DNA from: a virus
Taxonomy: Duplodnaviria > Caudoviricetes
Virus record (IMG/VR): IMGVR_UViG_3300037797_000133
Coordinates: 14,597-78,596 of that record
Length of the DNA: 64,000 nt
Direction: 5' to 3' (one strand)
Shown: positions 24,785 through 33,532 of the stretch, one piece after another
Position numbering within the stretch: position 1 is the stretch's first letter
Layout: every line of letters starts with the position of its first letter
Made by a program: the position numbers and the translations under genes
Notes under the pieces: model-generated
What the model was told of the DNA's origin: nothing
The model's input: only the letters and a program-made list of their open reading frames with translations
Database searches by the model: none

Positions 24785-25362
24785 GCGTCGACGTCTTCTC
24801 CGAGCTGTCGCCCCCCTACGCCACGATCGTGGCGGACCCGCCGTGGCCGTACCCCGAGGGCTGGCCTGGCTGGGGAATGACTGCGGCCGAGCGACGCGCC
24901 CTGCCCTACACGTCAATGACCGTTGACGAAATTGCAGCCCTGCCTGTTCGATCGCTCGCAGCGCGCGAGGGCTACTTGTTCCTGTGGACGACGAACCGCT
25001 ACCTGCGGGCGTCGTTCGACGTCCTCGATGCCTGGGGGTTCACGTTCCGCCAGGCGGTCGTGTGGTGCAAAGACCCGCAGGGTGAGGGCCCGGGCGGCAT
25101 GTTCGCTCAGACCACCGAGTACGTGATGGTCGCCCAGAACATCGGTCCTCGGTCCCATGCCCGCGGCAAGCGCACTAGTGGCAGCCGTGAGGCCTCGTCG
25201 TGGTTCAAGGCGCCGAAGGCGGCGCATAGCGCCAAGCCGCCGTCGTTCATGGACGCGGTCGAGCGTGTCGCCCCGGGCCCGTACCTGGAGCTGTTCTGCC
25301 GCCAGCCGCGTTTCGGATGGGACACCTGGGGCTGGGGACATGAGTTCGGGGAGGCCTCGTGA
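24781..25362 (+). CDS. MT-A70 family adenine methyltransferase
   Basis: IVADPPW, YTSMTVDEI, LFLWTT, WGF...WCK, HSAKP, YLELFCR. Confidence 0.9.
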   Translation: MSVDVFSELSPPYATIVADPPWPYPEGWPGWGMTAAERRALPYTSMTVDEIAALPVRSLAAREGYLFLWTTNRYLRASFDVLDAWGFTFRQAVVWCKDPQGEGPGGMFAQTTEYVMVAQNIGPRSHARGKRTSGSREASSWFKAPKAAHSAKPPSFMDAVERVAPGPYLELFCRQPRFGWDTWGWGHEFGEAS

Positions 25363-25402
25363 CCCTCCGCATCTACACCGCCACCAGGAGTGAAGTCCCT
25401 GG

Positions 25403-25458
25403 TAAGGTGGCCGGACAACCGAAAACGAGCCGAGCCCCTGCGCTAACAGGGGCCCGGC
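25403..25458 (+). promoter_or_regulatory. extended -10 promoter plus leader hairpin with TGCGCTAACA loop
   Basis: TGG-TAAGGT, then stem GCCG..CCCCTG/CAGGGG..CGGC. Confidence 0.6.
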
Positions 25459-25483
25459 GATGACACAGGAGGAGCTATCTCCC

Positions 25484-25786
25484 ATGTCGACCCCCGAGCC
25501 TACGGGCTCGTCGCCACGGCGTACGGCCGTTCGAGACAACACCGCCGCCCAGCTGGAAGCAGCTTGGGCCGAACTCGAACGACAGGGCGCAGCCGTCCGT
25601 CGCCGGGACCTTCCGACGCTCCCCGACGATGCGCTCAACGCGCTGCTGCGCCACGAGTGCCAGCGCATCCGAGCGCTCGCCGAACGGGACCTGCCCGCGC
25701 CGGCGCCGTTCGACTGGCGGTCGTACCGCCGCCGCACGGAGGGCCGGGTGTTCTTCTCCGGCGGGTTCCAGAGGCGGGTCGCATGA
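25484..25786 (+). CDS. hypothetical protein
   Basis: AGGAGG RBS. Confidence 0.6.
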   Translation: MSTPEPTGSSPRRTAVRDNTAAQLEAAWAELERQGAAVRRRDLPTLPDDALNALLRHECQRIRALAERDLPAPAPFDWRSYRRRTEGRVFFSGGFQRRVA

Positions 25787-25917
25787 TCTGCCCCGACTGC
25801 CGCGGGACGGGCCTCTGCGTCGCCTGTGACGGCCGGAACGTGGATGCCAACGGCGACAGCCCCTGCACCTGGTGCCGGGGCTCCCTGCGTTGCACGTGTC
25901 GGGAGGGCGACCGGTGA
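25783..25917 (+). CDS. DnaJ-type zinc-finger mini-protein
   Basis: CPDCRGTG, CVACDG, CTWCRGS. Confidence 0.6.
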   Translation: MICPDCRGTGLCVACDGRNVDANGDSPCTWCRGSLRCTCREGDR

Positions 25918-26153
25918 GCGACGAGCGCGACGTTGGTCGGTCGGTCGCCTGGGACCCCTCCGACCCTCCCTGTCCCCGCTGCGAGCTGATCGACCTGGTT
26001 CAGCGCACCGGCGACCAGAGGGTTTGCACGAACTGCTGGACGCTCTTCGAAGGGACATACCCGGAGTGGCAGGCGATGGCCGGTGCCCGGGTCCAGTGGC
26101 GCGAGGTCTACACCGCGCCACGTGATGACGACACGAAGGAACGGGCGACGTGA
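25914..26153 (+). CDS. small zinc-ribbon protein
   Basis: CPRC...CTNC. Confidence 0.6.
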   Translation: MSDERDVGRSVAWDPSDPPCPRCELIDLVQRTGDQRVCTNCWTLFEGTYPEWQAMAGARVQWREVYTAPRDDDTKERAT

Positions 26154-26638
26154 GCACGACTCTGAAGGCCAGACCCACCACCTACAACGGGATCAAGATG
26201 CGGTCCCGGCTCGAGGCCGGCTACGCGCAGTGGCTCGACGGGTGGGATGTCGAGTGGACCTACGAGCCGCAGTGCTTCGCCGCGGCCGACGGCCAGTACC
26301 TCCCCGACTTCCGACTCGACGGCGTCGTGGTCCCGATCCGGCCGGGAGCGGCTGTCTACGTCGAGGTGAAGCCGTCGCTCGCCTCGCTCGACATGGATGC
26401 CCTGTGGCGCCGGATGTCGATCATCAAGGGCAGCGACCCGGACTGCGTCCTGTTGCTCCAGGTGCCAGGGGGGAGGGGCCTGGTTGCCGGTCGCTCCCGC
26501 ATCACGGACGAACCGGTGTGGGCCGACGCGACGTGGCTCTTCGGCAGCTTCAACGGTGAGAAGTCGAAGCTCACGCTCAGTCAGCCGATCGCCCCGCATG
26601 ACCTCCCTTGGCCCGATGGCTATTGGGAGGGCACCTGA
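26150..26638 (+). CDS. PD-(D/E)XK endonuclease-like protein
   Basis: YNGIKMRSRLEA...YEP...YLPDF...VEVK. Confidence 0.75.
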   Translation: MSTTLKARPTTYNGIKMRSRLEAGYAQWLDGWDVEWTYEPQCFAAADGQYLPDFRLDGVVVPIRPGAAVYVEVKPSLASLDMDALWRRMSIIKGSDPDCVLLLQVPGGRGLVAGRSRITDEPVWADATWLFGSFNGEKSKLTLSQPIAPHDLPWPDGYWEGT

Positions 26639-27759
26639 TGGCACGGAGCTTCGGCCGCACCCTGTCGTCCCTGTGGGGCGACGAGAGCTGGTGCAGCCTC
26701 ACCCCGGGCGCCCAGCGCCTCCACATGATGCTGACGTCACAGCGGGCCATGACGCTCGCAGGGACGATCAGCCTCACCGCCAAGCGGTGGACGCGCTACT
26801 CGGCCAACACGACTGTCGCCGACATCGAGCGGGCGCTCTACGAGCTGTCCGACGCCGGCTGGGTGATGCTCGACGAGGAGACCGACGAGGTCGTCGTGCC
26901 GGCCGTCCTGAGCGACGACCTGAACGCCGGCCGCCTGTCCTCTCAGGTGGCCAAGGGCTTCTGGTCGGCGTGGGACGCCATCGACTCGCGGCACCTGCGG
27001 AGGGTGGTGGTCGGTGCGCTCGGTGACGATGTGTGGGCGAAGCTCGAACCGCTCGCCCCCCTCGATGCGGTGCATTACCGCAGGTCGTCCCCAATCGATA
27101 CGGAACCGCCTCCCCGAACCGATAGGGAGACGCACCCCCCTACCGAGAGTGAAGCGTCGCCCCCAGTCGAGACGGATCGTTCCAGTCGAATCGAGTCGAA
27201 CGGCAGGGCCCCTATCGATTCCACACGCGCCCGTCTCTCGACTGTCGATCTTCGATCTTCGATGGTCGATGGTCGATGCGACTCGTCGGCACCCGAGGAC
27301 GACCCCGAACCCGTTGAGGTCGTCGAGACGTCGCCGCCCGCCCCGGCGGTCGTCGACCCGACGCTCGCCCACGCCCGGCGGCTGTGCGTTCTGCTGGCCG
27401 ACTCCATCGCCGATCGGGACTCCAAGCGCCCGAGCATCTCCGATGCGTGGGTGCGGGACATGGAGCGCCTGATGCGCATCGACGGCCGTGCGCCGGAGGA
27501 CGTCGAGCGGGTGATCCGCTGGCTCGACCGTGGCGCCGACGACGTCGCCTCGTTCTGGCAGCCGAACGTCCGCTCGCCGAAGAAGCTCCGCGAGAAGTGG
27601 GACCAGATGCGGGAGCAGCACCGGCGCAGCACCGTCGGGCGCGGTACCCGGGCAGCGAGAGACGACCGGGCGTGGGAGGACGGGCACACGCTCCTGCGTG
27701 CCGTCGGCTCCGACGTGAACCCGATCGACCTCCTCACGAGCCGGAGGAACGGGCAGTGA
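26638..27759 (+). CDS. phage replication initiator / replisome organiser
   Basis: N-terminal wHTH-like region, low-complexity linker with DNA repeats, C-terminal DVERVIRW...FWQPNVRSPKKLREKWDQM. Confidence 0.75.
   Translation: MARSFGRTLSSLWGDESWCSLTPGAQRLHMMLTSQRAMTLAGTISLTAKRWTRYSANTTVADIERALYELSDAGWVMLDEETDEVVVPAVLSDDLNAGRLSSQVAKGFWSAWDAIDSRHLRRVVVGALGDDVWAKLEPLAPLDAVHYRRSSPIDTEPPPRTDRETHPPTESEASPPVETDRSSRIESNGRAPIDSTRARLSTVDLRSSMVDGRCDSSAPEDDPEPVEVVETSPPAPAVVDPTLAHARRLCVLLADSIADRDSKRPSISDAWVRDMERLMRIDGRAPEDVERVIRWLDRGADDVASFWQPNVRSPKKLREKWDQMREQHRRSTVGRGTRAARDDRAWEDGHTLLRAVGSDVNPIDLLTSRRNGQ
27245..27279. repeat. five tandem 7-mers TCGATNN in the initiator linker (candidate origin)
   Basis: TCGATCT TCGATCT TCGATGG TCGATGG TCGATGC. 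Confidence 0.55.
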
Positions 27760-28319
27760 ACCTCGACGACGCAATGACCTGCCTGTGGCTCACCAAGTCC
27801 CACTGGTCGAACTTCAACGTGCTTAGCGGCGAGAAGCTGGCTCTTCAGGCCGGCGCCTGGCTCGACGTCCTGGGCGATGTCGACCTGGCCGACGTCCGGG
27901 CGGCCCTCGCCGAGCTGGACGTGGAGGGTCTCGAGTTCGCCCCCACGCCGGGCCAGGTCCGCCAGACGATCCTGCGGCGACGCGGGGAGCTGGCTCCGGA
28001 CACCGACCAGGCGCTCACGGAGGTGCTGGACAAGTACCGCCGCGGCTACGACTACACGACGGGAAGGCCCGACCAGGTCTCGCACCCGGCGATCGACGAG
28101 GCGATGCGCACGCTCGGTGGCTGGCGCCAGGCCGGCCAGATGCCCACCGACGAGCTGCGCCGGCAGTTCCGGTACGCCTACGAGCCTGCGGCCAAGCGGG
28201 CGGACCGCGAGGCGTCTGCGCCGCCGGCCGCGCCTACCGGCATCGACCGGTCGGCCGAGGTGCTTGCCCTCCCGACGCCGGAACGGCCGACGTTGCCACG
28301 GCACTACGAGGAGGCGTGA
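27756..28319 (+). CDS. helicase loader/inhibitor-like protein
   Basis: AWLDVLGDVD...VRAAL...EFAPTPGQVR; directly after the initiator. Confidence 0.6.
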   Translation: MNLDDAMTCLWLTKSHWSNFNVLSGEKLALQAGAWLDVLGDVDLADVRAALAELDVEGLEFAPTPGQVRQTILRRRGELAPDTDQALTEVLDKYRRGYDYTTGRPDQVSHPAIDEAMRTLGGWRQAGQMPTDELRRQFRYAYEPAAKRADREASAPPAAPTGIDRSAEVLALPTPERPTLPRHYEEA

Positions 28320-28675
28320 TGGTCGGTTCCGCGAAGACGCACCAGAAGCAACGGGCCCGGTTCCGCCGCCTGCTCGAGTCCGAGGGTGTGCCGCCCGAGG
28401 CGATCGAGCGGAAGGTCGCGAAGCTCGCTGACCGGCAGCGTGCCCAGCGGCTGCACGCGGCGGCTGACCGGGAGCTGGTCCACCAGGGGCAGGAGGCCCG
28501 CGAGGCGGAGACGTACGCCCGCCTGTCCCCGTCGGACGCCGGCTACCGGCCGAGCTCACCGGATCCGCTGTTGCGTGGCCCGGCGCGGGTGACGTCGATG
28601 ACGGCCCGTGCCGCTGCCCGCCGGCGAGCCACCACGAGGTACGAGTACGACCGGCTCGACGGTGAGGCCTCGTGA
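28316..28675 (+). CDS. hypothetical basic protein
   Basis: GTGA coupling. Confidence 0.6.
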   Translation: MMVGSAKTHQKQRARFRRLLESEGVPPEAIERKVAKLADRQRAQRLHAAADRELVHQGQEAREAETYARLSPSDAGYRPSSPDPLLRGPARVTSMTARAAARRRATTRYEYDRLDGEAS

Positions 28676-28878
28676 CTCCCGAGCTGACCAACCTGCTCGA
28701 TGCGTGGCTGGCGTGGTCGCGTGGCCCGGCGGATCGCCAGGGGGTGCTCCGCCTCCAGGCTGCGTCCCGTGTCGCCGGGTTGGGTGTCCCGGCCTACGCG
28801 GTGGGGGACCTGATCGTCGACGGGCTACGCCGCGGGCTGTCCGCGGATGAGGCCGTCGCCGCGCTGGGGGCGTCGTGA
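28672..28878 (+). CDS. hypothetical protein
   Basis: GTGA coupling. Confidence 0.6.
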   Translation: MTPELTNLLDAWLAWSRGPADRQGVLRLQAASRVAGLGVPAYAVGDLIVDGLRRGLSADEAVAALGAS

Positions 28879-29171
28879 GCGCGCCTCGGCCGACCTGGAT
28901 GCCCCTGGCCGAGCTGACCGCGCGCTGGGCCCCCGGCTCGTATCCGCAGCCGTGGACGTGGGACGACGAGGAGCGTCACATCCTCGCTCAGGTCTGCCTC
29001 TGCTGTGGCCAGCCGGGGCACTACCAGCTCGCCCTCGAAGCGCATCTCGCCGAGCACGGGCTGACCCAGGGCGTGTGCCTCGGGACCGATGGCCGCATCT
29101 GGGACGGACACCACCGGATCGTCGCTGCCCGGCGGCTTGGGATCGAGCGGATCCCGCTGGAGGCGTCGTGA
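28875..29171 (+). CDS. ParB/Srx N-terminal-like protein
   Basis: GRIWDGHHRIVAARRLGIERIP. Confidence 0.75.
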   Translation: MSAPRPTWMPLAELTARWAPGSYPQPWTWDDEERHILAQVCLCCGQPGHYQLALEAHLAEHGLTQGVCLGTDGRIWDGHHRIVAARRLGIERIPLEAS

Positions 29172-29623
29172 GCACCGCGCCCCGTCCCATCCCCGTGCCC
29201 GCTACGGGCCCTGAGTCGCCCGGAGAGCGCTCGGAACCCCACGCGACGTACGGCGGGAGCCGCCAGACCAACACGGGCGATCTGAGCGCCTCACAACCGA
29301 ACCGACAGCGAAAGGGCGGCAGCATGAGCGAGAGCACAGGCGTCGACGAGACGACGCAGGCCAAGGCGGGAAGCGGCCGACCTCCGAAGCGCTCCCTTCG
29401 GTCGCGCCTCCGCTGGTGGCCCTACGACCACCTGCGCTCGTTCCGGCGGGAGGATGGCTTCCCCTATGACCAGTACGCCTGGGTGTTCTCCCGGGCTTAC
29501 CGACTCGCCATGGAGCAGCTGCACAAGCGAGGGCGCCACTGGACGAAGCTCACCGGCCCGGACAACGACATCCTCTGGTGCCAGTGGTGCGGCCACCGCG
29601 AGTCGGTGAAGCAGGCAGCGTGA
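29168..29623 (+). CDS. hypothetical protein (start uncertain)
   Basis: C-terminal HW...WCQWCGHR. Confidence 0.5.
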   Translation: MSTAPRPIPVPATGPESPGERSEPHATYGGSRQTNTGDLSASQPNRQRKGGSMSESTGVDETTQAKAGSGRPPKRSLRSRLRWWPYDHLRSFRREDGFPYDQYAWVFSRAYRLAMEQLHKRGRHWTKLTGPDNDILWCQWCGHRESVKQAA

Positions 29624-29790
29624 CCTCCCTCACCCACGACGACCTCGACGCGCTGTGGGCCGCGAGCGCCCTCGGCCCTGCGTCACCCGATGGGGCATGC
29701 GGCGCCCACTGGCTGATCCCTGCGGTGGGACTCGCCCTCGCAGCAGCCGTTGGCGCAGCGGTCACGCTCGTCATCGTCCGACGCCCGTAG
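29620..29790 (+). CDS. small C-terminal TM protein
   Basis: WLIPAVGLALAAAVGAAVTLVIV. Confidence 0.5.
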   Translation: MTSLTHDDLDALWAASALGPASPDGACGAHWLIPAVGLALAAAVGAAVTLVIVRRP

Positions 29791-29847
29791 CCTGCGACCA
29801 GCGATACGCAACCGGATAGCTGCGCAACCCATGGAGTGGAGGTGACC

Positions 29848-30501
29848 GTGCCCGACCGAAGCATTGACCCCACCGACGCCAGCACCTGGCCCGACGTGTG
29901 CCCCGACTGCGGCAACGCCATCACCGTCACCCGCCAATGCATGGGCCATCGCACCTCCGACGGCGTCCACTGCGGCAACAAGGCACTCAAAGGCCAGGTC
30001 GTGTGCCGCAAGCACGGCGGCGCAGCCAAGCAAGCTCGAGCCAAGGCCAGCGAGCGCATCGAGGAGGCGCGGGCGAAGCGCACGATCGAGCAGGCGCTGG
30101 CCAAGATCGACCGGGACTCCCTCGGTGTCGTCGAAGCGATCGAACCCCTCGACGCCCTGCTCCTCGCCCTCTACCGGACCGCGGCGTTCGCCGGAGTGCT
30201 GCACTCGGTGCTGTCGTCGGCGGACCTGGACGAGCTGACCCAGTGGGGTGCGACGGGCAAGCAGCTGTCGGTGTTCGCCGAGCTGTACATGCGGTTGACG
30301 GAGCAGCAGGCCAGGATCGCCTCCGCTTGCTTGAAGGCGGGCGTCGAGGAGCGGTCGGTGCGTCTGGCGGAGGGGCAGGCGGAGCTGATGGCGAGCGTGT
30401 TGCGGGAGTTCGCGAAGCGGTGCGGTCTGGATCTGGCGTCGCCGGAGGTGGCTGCGGCTGCGAGGGCGAGCCTGACGCTGGTCGAGGGCCGAGCGGCGTA
30501 G
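29848..30501 (+). CDS. terminase small subunit (putative)
   Basis: C...C...VCRKHGG motif, then helical region; start of the late region; GGAGG RBS. Confidence 0.65.
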   Translation: MPDRSIDPTDASTWPDVCPDCGNAITVTRQCMGHRTSDGVHCGNKALKGQVVCRKHGGAAKQARAKASERIEEARAKRTIEQALAKIDRDSLGVVEAIEPLDALLLALYRTAAFAGVLHSVLSSADLDELTQWGATGKQLSVFAELYMRLTEQQARIASACLKAGVEERSVRLAEGQAELMASVLREFAKRCGLDLASPEVAAAARASLTLVEGRAA

Positions 30502-30560
30502 GTCAGCTACAGGTATGCGAACTACTTGACGAGTAGCTGAGCTACCCGCATACTGAGGGC
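30498..30560 (+). promoter_or_regulatory. sigma-A promoter P1 with palindromic operators
   Basis: TTGACG(30526)-N17-CATACT, ATG 6 nt later; GTAGSTSAGCTAC at 30498 and 30533. Confidence 0.8.
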
Positions 30561-30719
30561 ATGACGAACGAAGAACTCCGCCGGATCGCCGGAGACTCCT
30601 ATACCGACATCGTCGCCGCCGGCGCCGACCCGCGGGCACACGCTCGGCTCGTCGACCGCCTCGGCGCCGACGAAGCCGAACACTGGATGTGGGTCGCTGG
30701 CCAGTGCCCGACGTCGTAG
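30561..30719 (+). CDS. leaderless hypothetical protein (52 aa)
   Basis: Read manually: MTNEELRRIAGD...CPTS*. Confidence 0.6.
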   Translation: MTNEELRRIAGDSYTDIVAAGADPRAHARLVDRLGADEAEHWMWVAGQCPTS

Positions 30720-31750
30720 ACCTCTACGGCGGCCCCGGCGGATGGGCCGAAGGCCTCCGCTCCCTCGGCCTCACCGACTTCGGCATAGACCGCGACCAGG
30801 CCTGTTACACCACCCGCCGCGCAGCGGGCCACGACGCCATACTCGGCGACGTCTCCGAGCTCGACCCCACCCGCTACTCCGCGTCCGGGCTGATCGGTTC
30901 GCCGCCCTGCCCGCTTTTCTCCGACGCCGGACTCCGCCACGGCGTGGCTGCCACCGACCTACTGGCTGGCGCCATCGGTGACGTCGCCCGCGGTCGGGAT
31001 CCCCGCGCACAGCTTCGCCAGCAGGTCGCCGACCTCGTCGAACCCGCCATCTCTGCCGCTCACCCCGAGTGGGATGCCGGCACCCTCCTACTCGACGTCA
31101 CCACCCGCACCCGGGCCGAAGCCGAACGCCTCGCCGCCGAAGCTGCACAGGTTCTCGAGCCGGCCCGGTGGGCTCACTCCCTCCACCCCGAGTGGATAGC
31201 GCTGGAACAGGTGCGGGCCGTTCTGCCCATCTGGCAGGCCTACGCCGCCGCACTCGGCGAGCTCGGCTACGACACCGCCACCGGGATCGTCGACGTCGCC
31301 GATTACGGCGTTCCGCAGCACCGCCGTCGGGCCGTCCTCGTCGCCAGCCGGGTCCGACCTGCCCGCCTCCCGATCCCTACCCATGGGCCCGGTCGGATCC
31401 CGTGGGTGTCGATGGCCACGGCTCTCGGGTGGAAGGCTGGCCGAGTCGGGTTCCCGCGCCGTGACGACGGCTCCGGCACCGCCACCGACGACGGGTACAG
31501 GGATCGCGACTGGTGGCCAGTCGACGGGCCGGCGCCGACCCTCACCGAGAAGGCCCGCTCCTGGTCCGTCGTTCTCTCCTCCGGTCCTGACGCCGGGATG
31601 TCCCGCCCGCTAGAGCTCGCCGAGGCCCTCATCCTGCAGGGGTTCCGGGCCGACTACCCGTTGCACGGCACCCGGACGGATCGGTTCCGTCAGGTCGGCG
31701 ACGCGGTCCCGCCCCCCCTCGCCGCGGCGCTCGTCGGGGTGGTGACGTGA
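30704..31750 (+). CDS. C5-cytosine DNA methyltransferase
   Basis: DLYGGPGG, GSPPC, EQV (ENV variant), YGVPQHRRR, QVGDAVPP. Confidence 0.92.
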   Translation: MPDVVDLYGGPGGWAEGLRSLGLTDFGIDRDQACYTTRRAAGHDAILGDVSELDPTRYSASGLIGSPPCPLFSDAGLRHGVAATDLLAGAIGDVARGRDPRAQLRQQVADLVEPAISAAHPEWDAGTLLLDVTTRTRAEAERLAAEAAQVLEPARWAHSLHPEWIALEQVRAVLPIWQAYAAALGELGYDTATGIVDVADYGVPQHRRRAVLVASRVRPARLPIPTHGPGRIPWVSMATALGWKAGRVGFPRRDDGSGTATDDGYRDRDWWPVDGPAPTLTEKARSWSVVLSSGPDAGMSRPLELAEALILQGFRADYPLHGTRTDRFRQVGDAVPPPLAAALVGVVT

Positions 31751-31784
31751 GCTGCACCTGATGCGATCCGGTGGGCATCACCGA

Positions 31785-31832
31785 GTATGCGAACTACTTG
31801 ACAGGTAGGTCAGCTACCGGCAGACTGTGGGC
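31785..31832 (+). promoter_or_regulatory. sigma-A promoter P2, duplicate of P1
   Basis: GTATGCGAACTACTTGAC identical to 30513-30530; TTGACA-N17-CAGACT; operator GTAGGTCAGCTAC at 31805; ATG 6 nt after the -10 box. Confidence 0.8.
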
Positions 31833-32057
31833 ATGCCGAACCCCCCGCACCCCACCAACCCGAGCGCCATGGTCGACGACCCGGAGACCAAGAGCAGCTA
31901 CATGGTCTACCGGGACGGGACCGACTGGGCCGCCAGCGGCAACGTCTGGGTGCCCGGCACCTTCGCCATCCGCTTCGACCTCGCGGACGCCATGACGTCC
32001 GCCGGCTTCCCTCAGCGGGTGCAGCGCAAGATCACGAAGGCCCTGGGCCAGTCGTGA
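31833..32057 (+). CDS. leaderless hypothetical protein
   Basis: ATG at leaderless position of P2. Confidence 0.65.
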   Translation: MPNPPHPTNPSAMVDDPETKSSYMVYRDGTDWAASGNVWVPGTFAIRFDLADAMTSAGFPQRVQRKITKALGQS

Positions 32058-32530
32058 CCTCCGCCCCTCTCGGCGATCCGGTGGGCATCACCGAGATCGC
32101 CGAACGTCTCGGCGTCGAGCGCCAGACCGCCCAGAACTGGGCCTACGCCCAAGCGCACGGGACGGCCAAGAACCCGATGCCCGCCCCGTGGCGGATCATC
32201 GGCGGCCGCACTCCGATCTGGCATTTCCCCGACGTGGCCGAGTGGCACGCCGCCAAGGATCCCCGGGGTGGACGGGCGCGCACCCTCCAGCCGACGACTG
32301 AGGCGAGCGACGTCCTCGAGCCGTCGCCCGCATCGAACGGTGACCGCCCTCTGTTCGCCGCTCCTGCGGTCAACGTGGCCGGCTCGGCGTGGACGTGGTC
32401 CGTCGAGGTGAACGGCAAGCGGGTGACGGCACGTGCCTCGTCTCGCCGCGATCTTCGGGGCAAGGCGAAGGAGCGGGTCGCCCGCGAGCTCGGTCACGAC
32501 GACTTCGACGTAGAGGTGACGGACGCATGA
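32054..32530 (+). CDS. AlpA/excisionase-like HTH regulator with extra C-terminal domain
   Basis: VGITEIAERLGVERQTAQNW...PAP...GRTPIW..DV..W. Confidence 0.7.
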   Translation: MTSAPLGDPVGITEIAERLGVERQTAQNWAYAQAHGTAKNPMPAPWRIIGGRTPIWHFPDVAEWHAAKDPRGGRARTLQPTTEASDVLEPSPASNGDRPLFAAPAVNVAGSAWTWSVEVNGKRVTARASSRRDLRGKAKERVARELGHDDFDVEVTDA

Positions 32531-32889
32531 GCGCCGAGACCGAGCGCATCGTGCGCGCCCTGGCCGCTGAGTCGCCGCTGCTGGTCGACGACCCGGTCGG
32601 CGCGGTCGGCTGCCTGCTGTGCCTCGACATCGGCCGTCCGCCGGCGAACGACGAACCCGAGCCGCATGACCCCTCCTGCCCTTGGCGTCTGGCCCGAGAG
32701 TGGGTAGCGAAGCACCCCGAGTCCGGCGGCGAGCCTTCTCGCCTTGAGGGGGCGGCACAGCGCCTCCTCGACGGCGTGACGCCGTTCATCTCGGCGCTGG
32801 AGTGCGAGCACGGCGTCGACGGCGAGGAGCTGTACGCCGACCTAGCGGAAGCGATCGGTTTGCCTCGGAACTACCGCCCGTCGGACTAG
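32527..32889 (+). CDS. hypothetical protein
   Basis: CLLC...HDPSCPW. Confidence 0.6.
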   Translation: MSAETERIVRALAAESPLLVDDPVGAVGCLLCLDIGRPPANDEPEPHDPSCPWRLAREWVAKHPESGGEPSRLEGAAQRLLDGVTPFISALECEHGVDGEELYADLAEAIGLPRNYRPSD

Positions 32890-32956
32890 CCCTGCATCCG
32901 CCGCCCACGCTCCGAGTTTGTGCAACCACCCGGTAGCACGTGTAACACTCAGAGTG

Positions 32957-33532
32957 ATGACGAGTGACCCACAGCGTTGGGAGGACTGGGCTGCATGCGA
33001 AGGGCTCGACCCCGGCCTGTGGTTCCTTGACAAAGGACACGTCCTCAGCCCGAAGGCGAAACAGACGTGCCACGACTGCCCCGTCTTCTTCGCCTGCCTG
33101 GAGCAATCGCTCGGCCGACGTGAGACCCACGGCGGTTGGGCCGGCGCCGCGCCCCGCACCCGCCGGGTCCTCTGGCACGCCTGGGTCGCCCGCACCCACG
33201 ACTACGACCCGGCTTGCACCCGCAGCTCGTGTTGGTGCCGTGTCGCCGAGACGCACCGCGAGTCGCTGATCGAGTCGAGCACGCCGCTCCAGCTGAACGG
33301 GCCGGGCGCCCGATGCGGCAAGCGCAGCACGTACGCCCGTGGCTGCCGGTGCCTCGCCTGCCGCACGGCGATCTCACCGACCGGGGTGCGGATGCGTGAC
33401 GCCGGCATCGACATCCTCGCCTGGTTCGAACGCTGGTTCGACGGCGACGCCCGCTACGACGACAGCGTGATGCCGCTCGTCCGGCGCATGGCCAAGTACG
33501 AGATCACCGACGGCGAAGCCGCAGCGGCGTGA
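32957..33532 (+). CDS. whiB: WhiB-family transcription factor with extra Cys-rich C-terminal module
   Basis: WAAC...WF...AKQTCHDCPVFFACL...GGWAG; then CG..STY..GCRCLAC. Confidence 0.85.
   Translation: MTSDPQRWEDWAACEGLDPGLWFLDKGHVLSPKAKQTCHDCPVFFACLEQSLGRRETHGGWAGAAPRTRRVLWHAWVARTHDYDPACTRSSCWCRVAETHRESLIESSTPLQLNGPGARCGKRSTYARGCRCLACRTAISPTGVRMRDAGIDILAWFERWFDGDARYDDSVMPLVRRMAKYEITDGEAAAA

Larger units (their letters stand above)
31763..32095. repeat. 23-bp exact direct repeat pair
   Basis: GCGATCCGGTGGGCATCACCGAG at 31763-31785 and 32073-32095. Confidence 0.85.

Noticed and set aside
25783-26638. MTase plus nuclease as a restriction-modification pair
   Set aside because: The PD-(D/E)XK gene is a small phage-type nuclease in the replication cluster, three genes from the MT-A70; no evidence of a cognate pair.
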